DNA of 64,000 nucleotides from an uncultured Hyphomicrobiales bacterium. GTDB taxonomy: Bacteria; Pseudomonadota; Alphaproteobacteria; Rhizobiales; JAJFHR01. The stretch covers positions 857 to 64,856 of the forward strand of contig CAZVAZ010000001.1 in NCBI GenBank assembly GCA_964625235.1, written 5' to 3'. Under the pieces are notes generated by a model that did no database searches, had not been told where the DNA came from, and was given only the letters and a program-made list of their open reading frames with translations. Made by a program: the position numbers and the translations under genes. Numbering within the stretch: the first letter of the stretch is position 1; each line of letters begins with the position of its first letter. This document shows, one piece after another, positions 1 to 8,074 of this stretch.

Positions 1-978
1 GTAAGCTGCGTGAACCTTGGCTATATTAACGCCGGAAACGCCTGCCCGGGCGGAAATGGTCATGATCCATAAGGCGGCCAGAAACAGGAGACTGATTTTT
101 CCCGTTTCCCAGATACCAAACCAGATAATTATCAGTGGAATGAGTGCCAGAGGGGGGATGGGCCGCATGAATTCGACAATGGGATCAAACCAGCCGCGAA
201 ACCAGTTGTTTAGGCCCATGGCATAGCCCAGAGGTATGCCCACCAGAGAGCCAAGAATGAAGCCGACGATTACCCGGAATAATGACCAGCCGACGTTTTC
301 CAGAAGCGTTACATTCTGATAGCCATCACGGGAAATTTCTATGAAGCGCGAGACAACAGCTTCTGGTGACGGTAACCAGATCGGTTCCATTTGCCAGCCT
401 TTGTCGGGAACAAAAGACAGGCTGCCCTTGGCTGTCATGTTGACAATGCCATCGGCAACTTCAACAGATTGTTTCGGTGCTATTGGCTGGCCATTTATGG
501 CGGTTACGCGATAGCCTTTTTCCTTACCACCTTCATCATTGTTCTGGACGCGAATAAGATTGCTGCGCCATGCGCCCACCTTCATGGCATCATCTTTGGC
601 AAAACCGGATTGAACGTCATCGGAAATTTCCGGCTTTTCGGTTTTCTCCCCCACCGGTCTGACGCGAATGTAAACCGTCGCATCATCACTCTGGTTTTGC
701 GGGTTGGTTGCCGTATATGTAAAAGATGTATCGCCAATAAACGGGCCGGGCACATGCACAGGTGTAAAATTCGAGCCGGTAAAAGCACCCCAGATCAAAA
801 AAATCGAAACAATCGACATCACTGATGCAGCGCGATTGGGGGTAACGGCACTTTCATCGCCGAAGGTAACTGTTTTGCGCGCTGAAATTCCATCCCGGGA
901 AACCATTCGACCGGCAACCAGGCCATAGAGCACATAGGCCAGAATGAATATTGTGACGTAGATTGCCAGAATCAACAC
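1..978 (-). CDS. tauC: ABC transporter permease, TauC/SsuC (taurine/sulfonate/nitrate) family; 3' end runs off the window
   Basis: Absent from the ORF track because its stop lies outside the window. Manual minus-strand translation gives ...LPSPEAVVSRFIEISRDGYQNVTLLENVGWSLFRVIVGFILGSLVGIPLGYAMG...EFMRPIPPLALIPLIIIWFGIWETGKISLLFLAALW..., the core of this permease family. It follows the ATPase directly. Start is ambiguous: GTG 978 adds a hydrophobic helix, ATG 906 does not. Confidence 0.8.
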   Translation of the reverse strand, partial: MLILAIYVTIFILAYVLYGLVAGRMVSRDGISARKTVTFGDESAVTPNRAASVMSIVSIFLIWGAFTGSNFTPVHVPGPFIGDTSFTYTATNPQNQSDDATVYIRVRPVGEKTEKPEISDDVQSGFAKDDAMKVGAWRSNLIRVQNNDEGGKEKGYRVTAINGQPIAPKQSVEVADGIVNMTAKGSLSFVPDKGWQMEPIWLPSPEAVVSRFIEISRDGYQNVTLLENVGWSLFRVIVGFILGSLVGIPLGYAMGLNNWFRGWFDPIVEFMRPIPPLALIPLIIIWFGIWETGKISLLFLAALWIMTISARAGVSGVNIAKVHAAY

Positions 979-982
979 AGCC

Positions 983-1795
983 TTATTCCTTCTTGCCCAT
1001 GATTTCTTCCTCCATCTCCCAGATCATCGTAAGAATTTCCTCACGCTTGTCGCCGTAATCGCTGCGTTTCTTAACCTCGCGCAAATCGGTAGCCACTCCC
1101 ATTTCAGCAAACGGCAGTCGGTATTCCTTGTGAATGCGCCCCGGTCTCGGCGCCATGACCAAAAGGCGCTCGCCAAGCAGTAATGCTTCTTCCACCGAAT
1201 GGGTAATCAGGATGATGGTTTTGCCGGTATCCTTCCACAGTTTGAGGACCAGTCCCTGCATTTTTTCCCGCGTCAGGGCATCAAGGGCACCGAGCGGCTC
1301 ATCCATCAAAATCACGTCGGGGTCATTGGCCAGACACCGCGCCAGAGCCACGCGCTGCTGCATGCCGCCGGAAAGTTCATAAACAGCTTTTTCGCCAAAA
1401 TCATGCAGGCCGACAATTTCCAGCAACTCATCCACGCGCTGTTTTATTTTCGGGGCCGCAACCCCTTTCATGGCAGGGCCGAAGCCGACATTTTTGCGGA
1501 CCGACATCCACTCGAATAAAGCACCCTGCTGAAATACCATGCCGCGCTCAGGCCCGGGGCCCGTGACCTCCTGATCATTTAGAACAACCTGCCCGCCGGT
1601 GGGTGCAAGGAAGCCTGCGATAATATTCAAAAGCGTTGTTTTACCACACCCCGATGGGCCCAGGACCGACATCAATTCGCCTTCGGCAAGGTCAAGCGAA
1701 ACATCCTTCAAGGCTTCAATCGAGTTGCCGCCGGGCAGGGAGAAGGTCATTGAAATCCGGTCTATATGCAAACTGGATTGTGCGGATTGTGTCAA
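983..1795 (-). CDS. tauB: ABC transporter ATP-binding protein, TauB/SsuB family
   Basis: Walker A GPSGCGKTT, signature LSGGMQQRVALARCL and Walker B ILMDEP. The track ORF (983..1822) starts at a TTG. An in-frame TTG at 1795 sits 5 nt after GGAGG and gives a typical N-terminus. Confidence 0.85.
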   Translation of the reverse strand: MTQSAQSSLHIDRISMTFSLPGGNSIEALKDVSLDLAEGELMSVLGPSGCGKTTLLNIIAGFLAPTGGQVVLNDQEVTGPGPERGMVFQQGALFEWMSVRKNVGFGPAMKGVAAPKIKQRVDELLEIVGLHDFGEKAVYELSGGMQQRVALARCLANDPDVILMDEPLGALDALTREKMQGLVLKLWKDTGKTIILITHSVEEALLLGERLLVMAPRPGRIHKEYRLPFAEMGVATDLREVKKRSDYGDKREEILTMIWEMEEEIMGKKE

Positions 1796-1845
1796 AAATT
1801 CCTCCCAACGAATTAGATGCAATCTTCACGATACATAAAATTAAC

Positions 1846-1873
1846 GCAGTCCGTAAGAAATTTTACGGACTGC
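1846..1873 (-). terminator. Intercistronic stem-loop (attenuator or partial terminator) between the binding-protein and ATPase genes
   Basis: Perfect 11-bp inverted repeat GCAGTCCGTAA / TTACGGACTGC with a 6-nt loop. On the transcribed strand it is followed by GTTAATTTTAT. Confidence 0.55.
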
Positions 1874-1903
1874 GCCAGTTCATGATCTGTAACTTCTTGA
1901 AGG

Positions 1904-2926
1904 CTACATTTTTGATGCTGCTTCGAGGTAGCTGGTATCGACAGCGCTTTCGTAGCTGTCACGTGCTTTGGGGATGGTTCCCTGCTTAACAAAGAAATCT
2001 CCAACTTCTTTGAGAAACTTTTGAGTGCCGCCGCCCAGCCATTTGGCGCTGAGTTGTTCTTTGATGGTGGGAAAGATGAAACCATCCAATGTTTCCTTGG
2101 TGGCTTTTTCATCCATACCCGATGCCTTGGCAATCACCGGCAGCATTTCGCCAACACCTCCGGCTGCATATTTGGCGTTCATGTCGGCGGTGACTTTAAG
2201 GAATTTTGCCAGGAGATCAGCATTTTCTTTGGCCCATTGGGTGGAAACAGTTGTGGCATCAAAAACCTGAATGCCAAGTTCTTCTTTTTCAGCCCCGGTC
2301 AATAAAATATTGCCGTACTCTTTCATCCGGCGCAGTGAGCCACCCCAGCCACAGACCATGTCTAAATTTCCTGAGGCGAAGGCGGCCGCACCGTCGGGAG
2401 GAGCCATATCAACAATTTTCATGGTTGAGGTATTGATGCCAAAATGTTCCATCTGTTTCAAAAAGCCGTAATGTGCAGCTGTTCCCAGAGGTACGCCGAC
2501 CTGTTTGCCTTCCAGCTCCTTGGCGTTGGTCTTGTCGATTTCCAGGCTGGTGCGCACGACGCAATTGTCGTTGCTTGAATAAGATACGGCAACATCAACG
2601 ACCTGCAGGTCCTGGCCGGCGGAAGCGGCGACCACAAATGGTGGAATGCCCTGAGAAAACGAAATCTGAACATCGCCACCCGCCATCGCGGCAGACATGG
2701 CTGTCCCGGCATCAAAAGAAACCCACTTGATGTTGACGCCGAGTTTTTCGTTGTAGATTTTTTTGACCTGCGCAAACTGGTTCGGCGTTGGCCACTCAAG
2801 GAAATACCCAACTGTAATTTCCTGTGCCTTGACTGAAGTTGTTGATGCAACTGTTACGACCATTGAACTTGCGGCGATCAGTGCGATTAAACTGGCTCCG
2901 TAAAGCCTGGCTTTGATGAATTTCAT
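1904..2926 (-). CDS. tauA: Taurine/sulfonate ABC transporter periplasmic substrate-binding protein (TauA family)
   Basis: Signal peptide MKFIKARLYGASLIALIAASSMVV...KAQE. The mature protein is collinear with TauA-type proteins (ITVGY...WVSFDAGTAMSAAMAGGDVQISFSQG...VVAASAG...GVPLGTAAHY). GGAGG lies 5 nt upstream of ATG 2926; the track ORF extends to 3028. Confidence 0.8.
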   Translation of the reverse strand: MKFIKARLYGASLIALIAASSMVVTVASTTSVKAQEITVGYFLEWPTPNQFAQVKKIYNEKLGVNIKWVSFDAGTAMSAAMAGGDVQISFSQGIPPFVVAASAGQDLQVVDVAVSYSSNDNCVVRTSLEIDKTNAKELEGKQVGVPLGTAAHYGFLKQMEHFGINTSTMKIVDMAPPDGAAAFASGNLDMVCGWGGSLRRMKEYGNILLTGAEKEELGIQVFDATTVSTQWAKENADLLAKFLKVTADMNAKYAAGGVGEMLPVIAKASGMDEKATKETLDGFIFPTIKEQLSAKWLGGGTQKFLKEVGDFFVKQGTIPKARDSYESAVDTSYLEAASKM

Positions 2927-3157
2927 TTCTTCCTCCCGTTTGTTGGTAAAATTTCCCACATGCCCAAAGGTTCGTGACCTATGGCAGTCAAGTTTATGTG
3001 ACCAATGGCGGTTAAAATTGGCGGGCAAGTCAAGAAAAACAGCCTAGATTTAAAAAAAATGAATTTTGTTTCCATAAATTCTAAACCTTACTACAATGTG
3101 AGCAGGTAATGGCCGCAATACTGTATCCAGTGTCACTAATTTCCAGGCAGGGTCGCA

Positions 3158-4132
3158 ATGGCAAATAAAAACCAACCGGAGCTGACATTGCGCGGTCTGC
3201 GCGCGTTCGTCGCTGTTGAAGAAACCGGTTCGATCAGCGAAGGCGCCAGCCGCATTGGCGGCAGTTCATCAGGCGTCTCGCAACAAATCACATCACTTGA
3301 GAAATCTGTGGGGGCGAGGCTTTTCGACCGAAACTCCCGACCGCTAAAATTAACCCCGGCGGGCCAATTGCTGCATGCTCATGCCCATAGGATTCTTGAT
3401 GCTACCGCAAAGGCTCACGCCGAGCTGGCAAAGCGCGATCTGGTAGATCTGCCGAAACTCACGCTGGCCATAATTGATGATCTCGACACCTCATTGACAC
3501 CGGTTCTGGTGGCTATTTTGCAGCGCCGGTTTCGCAACTGCTTTGTTAATGCCTACTCGGGCCGCTCCGATCATGTAATTGAAATGTTGCAGCAGCGTGA
3601 AGCTGAAATTTGCGTTTCAGCAAGTGTGCCGGACGATGTCAGCGATTTTCGAACCATTCCGATTTTGCGCGAACCCTTCATTCTTGTAACCGCCAGGGGG
3701 TTATTGAAGAATGATCGTGACATAAGTGCACAATTGGCCGATGCGCCGTTTATTCAGTATTCCGAAGATATTCCTATCGGCAAGACAATCGCCCAGCACC
3801 TGAAACGCGTGCGTTTTGATGTGACGAACAGGTTTGCGCTGGAAGCTTCGCGTTCGGTGATTGCAATGGTTGGCCAGGCTAAAGGCTGGACATTGACGAC
3901 GCCGCTGAACCTGCTTGATGCGGAACGGTTTATTTCCCAGATCGATGTGGCTCCGGTACCGTTCCCGGCATTTTCACGCACAATCTGCCTGATTGCCAGG
4001 CGGGCGGAGCTTGGTGATTTGCCAGATCGCCTTGCTGAAGACTGCCGCCATCTGATTGGCACACAGGTAGTCCCGAGATTTTCTGAAATTGTCCCCCATA
4101 TGGCCGATGCTATTGAAATTGCCGAGGGTTAA
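3158..4132 (+). CDS. LysR-family transcriptional regulator
   Basis: N-terminal HTH LRGLRAFVAVEETGSISEGASRIGGSSSGVSQQITSLEKSVGARLFDR followed by a LysR substrate-binding-type C-terminus. Divergent from tauA. Confidence 0.9.
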   Translation: MANKNQPELTLRGLRAFVAVEETGSISEGASRIGGSSSGVSQQITSLEKSVGARLFDRNSRPLKLTPAGQLLHAHAHRILDATAKAHAELAKRDLVDLPKLTLAIIDDLDTSLTPVLVAILQRRFRNCFVNAYSGRSDHVIEMLQQREAEICVSASVPDDVSDFRTIPILREPFILVTARGLLKNDRDISAQLADAPFIQYSEDIPIGKTIAQHLKRVRFDVTNRFALEASRSVIAMVGQAKGWTLTTPLNLLDAERFISQIDVAPVPFPAFSRTICLIARRAELGDLPDRLAEDCRHLIGTQVVPRFSEIVPHMADAIEIAEG

Positions 4133-4156
4133 TGGGTGCAAAAAATGCTTCCTGTT

Positions 4157-4178
4157 AGTACGGATTTCCGTATTTTTT
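4157..4178 (+). terminator. Putative intrinsic terminator after the LysR gene
   Basis: GTACGG-ATTT-CCGTA stem-loop followed immediately by TTTTTT, 25 nt after the stop codon. The stem is short. Confidence 0.45.
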
Positions 4179-4316
4179 GAAAAATTCTTTTAAAAAAACT
4201 AAATATAGTGAAATAGACTGGAAAATTTTCTCCTTCGGGAGTGAACTCCCACAACGAACGGGGAGATCATCGGGGTTTTTATAAAATTATGAAAATCGAC
4301 ACTTAGGAATCAAGGT

Positions 4317-5624
4317 ATGGAATTTGTAAAACGATCTCAGGTAAGCCAGGCGTCCGCAGACGGCGCAGTTCGCGAGGTCGTTGAAGAGATGCTGGACCGC
4401 ATCCGTAAACTTGGTGAACCTGCGGTGGCAGAATACGCGCGAAATCTGGATGACTGGCACGGAGATTTTGTTTTAACGCAGGATAAAAAGGCCAGCCTGA
4501 TTGCAGAAGTCAGTGAACAGGAAAAAGACGACATCCGGTTTTCCCATTCCCAGGTCGAGCGATTTGCTCAGGCCCAAAAGGCGAGCCTGAGAGAGTTTGA
4601 AATTGAAACCGAGCCTGGTGTACGTCTGGGGCAACGAATTGTACCGGTCGAATGTGCCGGATGTTACGTGCCTGGTGGACGTTACGCCCATGTGGCTTCC
4701 GCGATAATGAGTATTACCACCGCCCGGGTTGCAGGCGTGCCGTTTGTTGTTGCAGCCTCGCCACCTCGAAACGGATCAATTTCGCCCCAGATGACGTACG
4801 CGATGGACCTCGCAGGCGCTGACATGATCCTGGAAATGGGAGGAGTGCAGGCCGTAGCCTCCATGGCGTTTGGTCTGTTTGGCACCCGGCCTGCGGATAT
4901 TCTGGTTGGTCCGGGAAATTCGTATGTTGCAGAAGCCAAACGGCTTTTATTCGGCGAGGTTGGCATCGATGTTATTGCCGGTCCGACGGAAAGTGCAATC
5001 ATTGCCGATGAAACTGCTGATGCCATGACGGTTGCAATTGATCTGGCCGCACAGGCTGAACATGGCCCTGATTCGCCGGTGTGGTTGTTTACCACATCGC
5101 GTGAATTGGCCGGCGCTGTTGCCCGTATCATGCCGAAAATTGCCTCAGACATGCCAAGCGGTGACGTGGTTATGGCGGCCTGGCAGGACTATGGTGAAAT
5201 CATTCTGTGTGACAGTCGCGAAGAAATCTGCGCTGTTAGCGACACTTACGCCAGTGAGCACCTTCAGGTCATTGCTGAAGACCTGGATTGGTGGAAAGAG
5301 CGATTGAAAAATTACGGCTCACTGTTTCTGGGTGAAGGGGCCAATGTTACTCATGGCGACAAGTGCTCGGGCACAAACCACATTTTGCCAACCAGAAAGG
5401 CTGCCCGATACACCGGTGGTCTTAATGTTATGAAATTTTTAAAAATTCTCACCTGGCAGGAAATCAGCGAGGAGGCCAACTTGACCTTCAGTGCCGTGGC
5501 TTCGCGTATCAGTCGGCTTGAAGGTATGGACGGGCATGCACGGGCGTGCGACTGGCGATTGAAAAAATATTTCCCTGACGAAGACTGGCCCTTCGAAGTC
5601 AGCGATCAGCAGCGGTACGATTGA
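4317..5624 (+). CDS. Histidinol-dehydrogenase-family NAD-dependent dehydrogenase; paralog, candidate sulfopropanediol 3-dehydrogenase (HpsN)-like enzyme
   Basis: HisD-family motifs: GGVQAVASMAFG, GPGNSYVAEAKRLLFGEVGIDVIAGPTE, AQAEHG, ASEHL and HGDKCSGTNHILPT. There is no his-operon context; it sits next to the sulfonate importer. Confidence 0.8.
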   Translation: MEFVKRSQVSQASADGAVREVVEEMLDRIRKLGEPAVAEYARNLDDWHGDFVLTQDKKASLIAEVSEQEKDDIRFSHSQVERFAQAQKASLREFEIETEPGVRLGQRIVPVECAGCYVPGGRYAHVASAIMSITTARVAGVPFVVAASPPRNGSISPQMTYAMDLAGADMILEMGGVQAVASMAFGLFGTRPADILVGPGNSYVAEAKRLLFGEVGIDVIAGPTESAIIADETADAMTVAIDLAAQAEHGPDSPVWLFTTSRELAGAVARIMPKIASDMPSGDVVMAAWQDYGEIILCDSREEICAVSDTYASEHLQVIAEDLDWWKERLKNYGSLFLGEGANVTHGDKCSGTNHILPTRKAARYTGGLNVMKFLKILTWQEISEEANLTFSAVASRISRLEGMDGHARACDWRLKKYFPDEDWPFEVSDQQRYD

Positions 5625-5626
5625 CA

Positions 5627-6826
5627 ATGAGCAGGCATTTTAAAAAACCCTTCACCCAGCAGGAAGCTATTTCTGAAACTGCCATTGCACGGGTTGGTGA
5701 AATTTTGCGAACCGGTCGATTGCACAGGTATAATACGATTGCAGAAGAAGTGTCAGAGGCAACCCTGCTTGAGCAGGAATTTGCCCAATGGCAGGGGGTG
5801 GAATATTGCCTGGCAACAACGTCTGGCGGCCAGGCCCTTCAGATTGCGTTGCGTGCAGCCGGTGTTGGTCCAGGCGCAAAGGTGTTAGCCAATGCCTATA
5901 CACTTGCACCTGTTCCCGGCGCAATATTTGCCGTTGGCGGTCGTCCGGTGCTGGTCGAGATTGATGAAAACTGGCACACGGATTTAAACGACCTTCGCAC
6001 CAAGGCTGAAGCAAGCGGGGCTGAATATTTTTTGCTCTCGCACATGCGCGGCCATATTGTCGACATGGATGCAATTGTGTCCATCTGTGAAGAATTCTCC
6101 ATTGTTTTAATTGAGGATTGCGCCCATACGATGGGGGCTAAATGGAAAGGCACACGGTCTGGAAATTTTGGTGATGTTGCCTGTTTTTCGACCCAAACCT
6201 ACAAGCATCTGAATTCGGGTGAAGGCGGGCTGCTTACCACAAGTAATCCGGAACTTGCCGCCCGCGCCGTGGTTGGCTCAGGCTCCTACATGCTGTATGG
6301 CTCCCATGGCGCTATTCCTGCGGAAGAGATTTTCCAAAAGGTCAGGCTTGAGAGCCCTAACTGTTCGGCACGGCTGGATAATTTGCGGGCAGCTATTCTT
6401 CGTACGCAATTGCCTGATCTGGAAGAAAATGTGCGCCGCTGGAATGTCCGTTATTCCATCCTTGAAGACGGGTTTGGTTCGGCACCGGGACTGAAAACCG
6501 TAAAGCGTCAGCAATATGAAGAATTTGTCGGCTCCTCAATTCAATTCCAGGCACCGGGGATTGGCGCCGACAACATTCCCGGTTTTCTGGCTCGATGCGC
6601 TGCACGTGGCGTCGAAATCAAATGGTTCGGCGGCAAAGAGCCAGTAGCCTTTACCAGTCGTTACGACAGCTGGCATTATCTTGGAGAAATGGATCCGCTG
6701 CCAAACACGATCAATATACTTTCCACCACCTGCGACATGCGCGTACCTTTGACGTTTACGGAACAGGATTGTCGGGAAATTGCTGAGATCGTCGCCGACG
6801 AAGCCGCATTGAGTTTGCAGACCTGA
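5627..6826 (+). CDS. DegT/DnrJ/EryC1/StrS-family PLP-dependent aminotransferase
   Basis: Fold-type I AT pattern with the catalytic-lysine segment FSTQTYKHLNSGEGGLL and DCAHTMGA. ATG 5627 lies 3 nt after the upstream stop; the track start 5621 is a TTG. Confidence 0.8.
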   Translation: MSRHFKKPFTQQEAISETAIARVGEILRTGRLHRYNTIAEEVSEATLLEQEFAQWQGVEYCLATTSGGQALQIALRAAGVGPGAKVLANAYTLAPVPGAIFAVGGRPVLVEIDENWHTDLNDLRTKAEASGAEYFLLSHMRGHIVDMDAIVSICEEFSIVLIEDCAHTMGAKWKGTRSGNFGDVACFSTQTYKHLNSGEGGLLTTSNPELAARAVVGSGSYMLYGSHGAIPAEEIFQKVRLESPNCSARLDNLRAAILRTQLPDLEENVRRWNVRYSILEDGFGSAPGLKTVKRQQYEEFVGSSIQFQAPGIGADNIPGFLARCAARGVEIKWFGGKEPVAFTSRYDSWHYLGEMDPLPNTINILSTTCDMRVPLTFTEQDCREIAEIVADEAALSLQT

Positions 6827-7276
6827 CTGTCTGACGTCAGCGCCTGCGCGACAATGTGAGAGCTATGGTGCCAGACAATGAGGGGAATTAATTTTCCGGC
6901 AGGTTACTTCTTTTTACTGTCATCAATTTTCGACAATAAAGTTCCATCGCCACCAAGCCCGAGATCTTTCAGCAAAACATCCACAATAGGTGCCTGAGCA
7001 CGATAGCGCCAAGGCGATCAAAGACATCTGCCGAGCTGAGCCCGCAGCAGCGCCAACTAAAAACCTCTTTTTTCTTTGGCGTGTACCATGACGCTCCCAA
7101 CAAATGACGTTAAGTATTGTGTGGAAATTACATGACAATGGATAATTCATCAATTTTAATCCGCCGACATTTGTACCGTCAATGCAAACTGCGGGCGGTT
7201 GATAAAGGTGGCGAAGCGATGGTGGGTGGGAAGCTGCAATCGCAACGGTATGATCTAAGTTAAAACAACAGGCTTT

Positions 7277-7290
7277 TTGACCTTGATCAA
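7277..7290. promoter_or_regulatory. FNR/CRP-type box TTGACCTTGATCAA upstream of the Crp/Fnr gene
   Basis: Matches the TTGAT-N4-ATCAA consensus at 9 of 10 positions. Centred about 61 nt upstream of ATG 7345. Confidence 0.6.
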
Positions 7291-7344
7291 AGAAAAGGCA
7301 GCTTGAAATCGCGATAATACGGGTACGGAATTATTCTTCTAAAA

Positions 7345-8070
7345 ATGGAGTTTGCAATGCCGAATTTCACTGCCGCTCGTTATGGATGCGAGGCTGCAGG
7401 TTCTTTTACCTGTATGGCTTCTGCGGATGATAATGGCGATGCTCTTGCACGACTGCCTTTTCAGTTGACCAATATTGAAAATGCTTTGGAAAATGCCCGG
7501 CGTGCACCCTATCCAATTATCGTTATTTCCAGTGGTGCTGCTGGTTTGCAACATTTTCTCAAAGACGGCAGACGAACCATTTCCACAATATTTCTGGCAG
7601 GTGAAGTCCTGGATTTTAGTCAGATACGGGGAAGTGGCGGCTCATTATGTTGCCTCCTTCCGGGCCAGGCCCGGATGTTCAATGCAGTGGTTCTCGAAAA
7701 TCTGCGACAGGAAAATCCACAAGCCTGGTCGAGCCTGATGATTGGTAAATTCAGGTGTTGCAGTCAGACAACCAATCATTCTGTAGACCTTGCCCGCAAG
7801 TCGGCGGTTGAGAAGCTGGCTTCATTTATTTTTGAATGCCGCAACCGCCAGACTGCAGAGCGTGGCAAACTGATAAACCTGATTTTAAACCGAATTGATA
7901 TTGCTGATTATATGGGGTTGAGACCGGAAACACTTTCACGTGCTTTCACCAAACTGAAACGGTTAAAAATGATAGCCTGCGAGTGCGGTGATTATATTCA
8001 TATTCTCAATGAGCCGGCCTTGCGGCAAATTGCAAATGGCGCAGCCGATGAGTTTGGCTGTGCTGTTTGA
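7345..8070 (+). CDS. Crp/Fnr-family transcriptional regulator
   Basis: cNMP-binding-like middle region and C-terminal HTH RIDIADYMGLRPETLSRAFTKLKRLKMI carrying the E-x2-SR recognition motif that FNR-type proteins use on TTGA half-sites. Confidence 0.85.
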   Translation: MEFAMPNFTAARYGCEAAGSFTCMASADDNGDALARLPFQLTNIENALENARRAPYPIIVISSGAAGLQHFLKDGRRTISTIFLAGEVLDFSQIRGSGGSLCCLLPGQARMFNAVVLENLRQENPQAWSSLMIGKFRCCSQTTNHSVDLARKSAVEKLASFIFECRNRQTAERGKLINLILNRIDIADYMGLRPETLSRAFTKLKRLKMIACECGDYIHILNEPALRQIANGAADEFGCAV

Positions 8071-8074
8071 GCAC

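Noticed and set aside
391-928. Plus-strand ORFs 391..825 and 704..928 and minus-strand ORF 582..788 at the left edge
   Set aside because: They overlap the manually translated TauC-like permease frame, which carries clear family motifs. Their own translations are low-complexity or basic, with no motifs.
4317-5624. Housekeeping histidinol dehydrogenase (hisD)
   Set aside because: No other his genes are adjacent. The gene follows a LysR regulator and a sulfonate importer and is coupled to an aminotransferase, so I treat it as a catabolic paralog. A genome-wide check for a second hisD is required.
6923-7153. 76-aa minus-strand ORF in the 0.5 kb gap, and neighbouring frame fragments such as ...PIVDVLLKDLGLGGDGTLLSKIDDSKKK
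   Set aside because: It has no start/SD context, a Cys/Trp/Arg-rich unnatural composition, and the plausible-looking peptide pieces lie in different frames. At best it is a decayed gene remnant, which I could not identify by eye.
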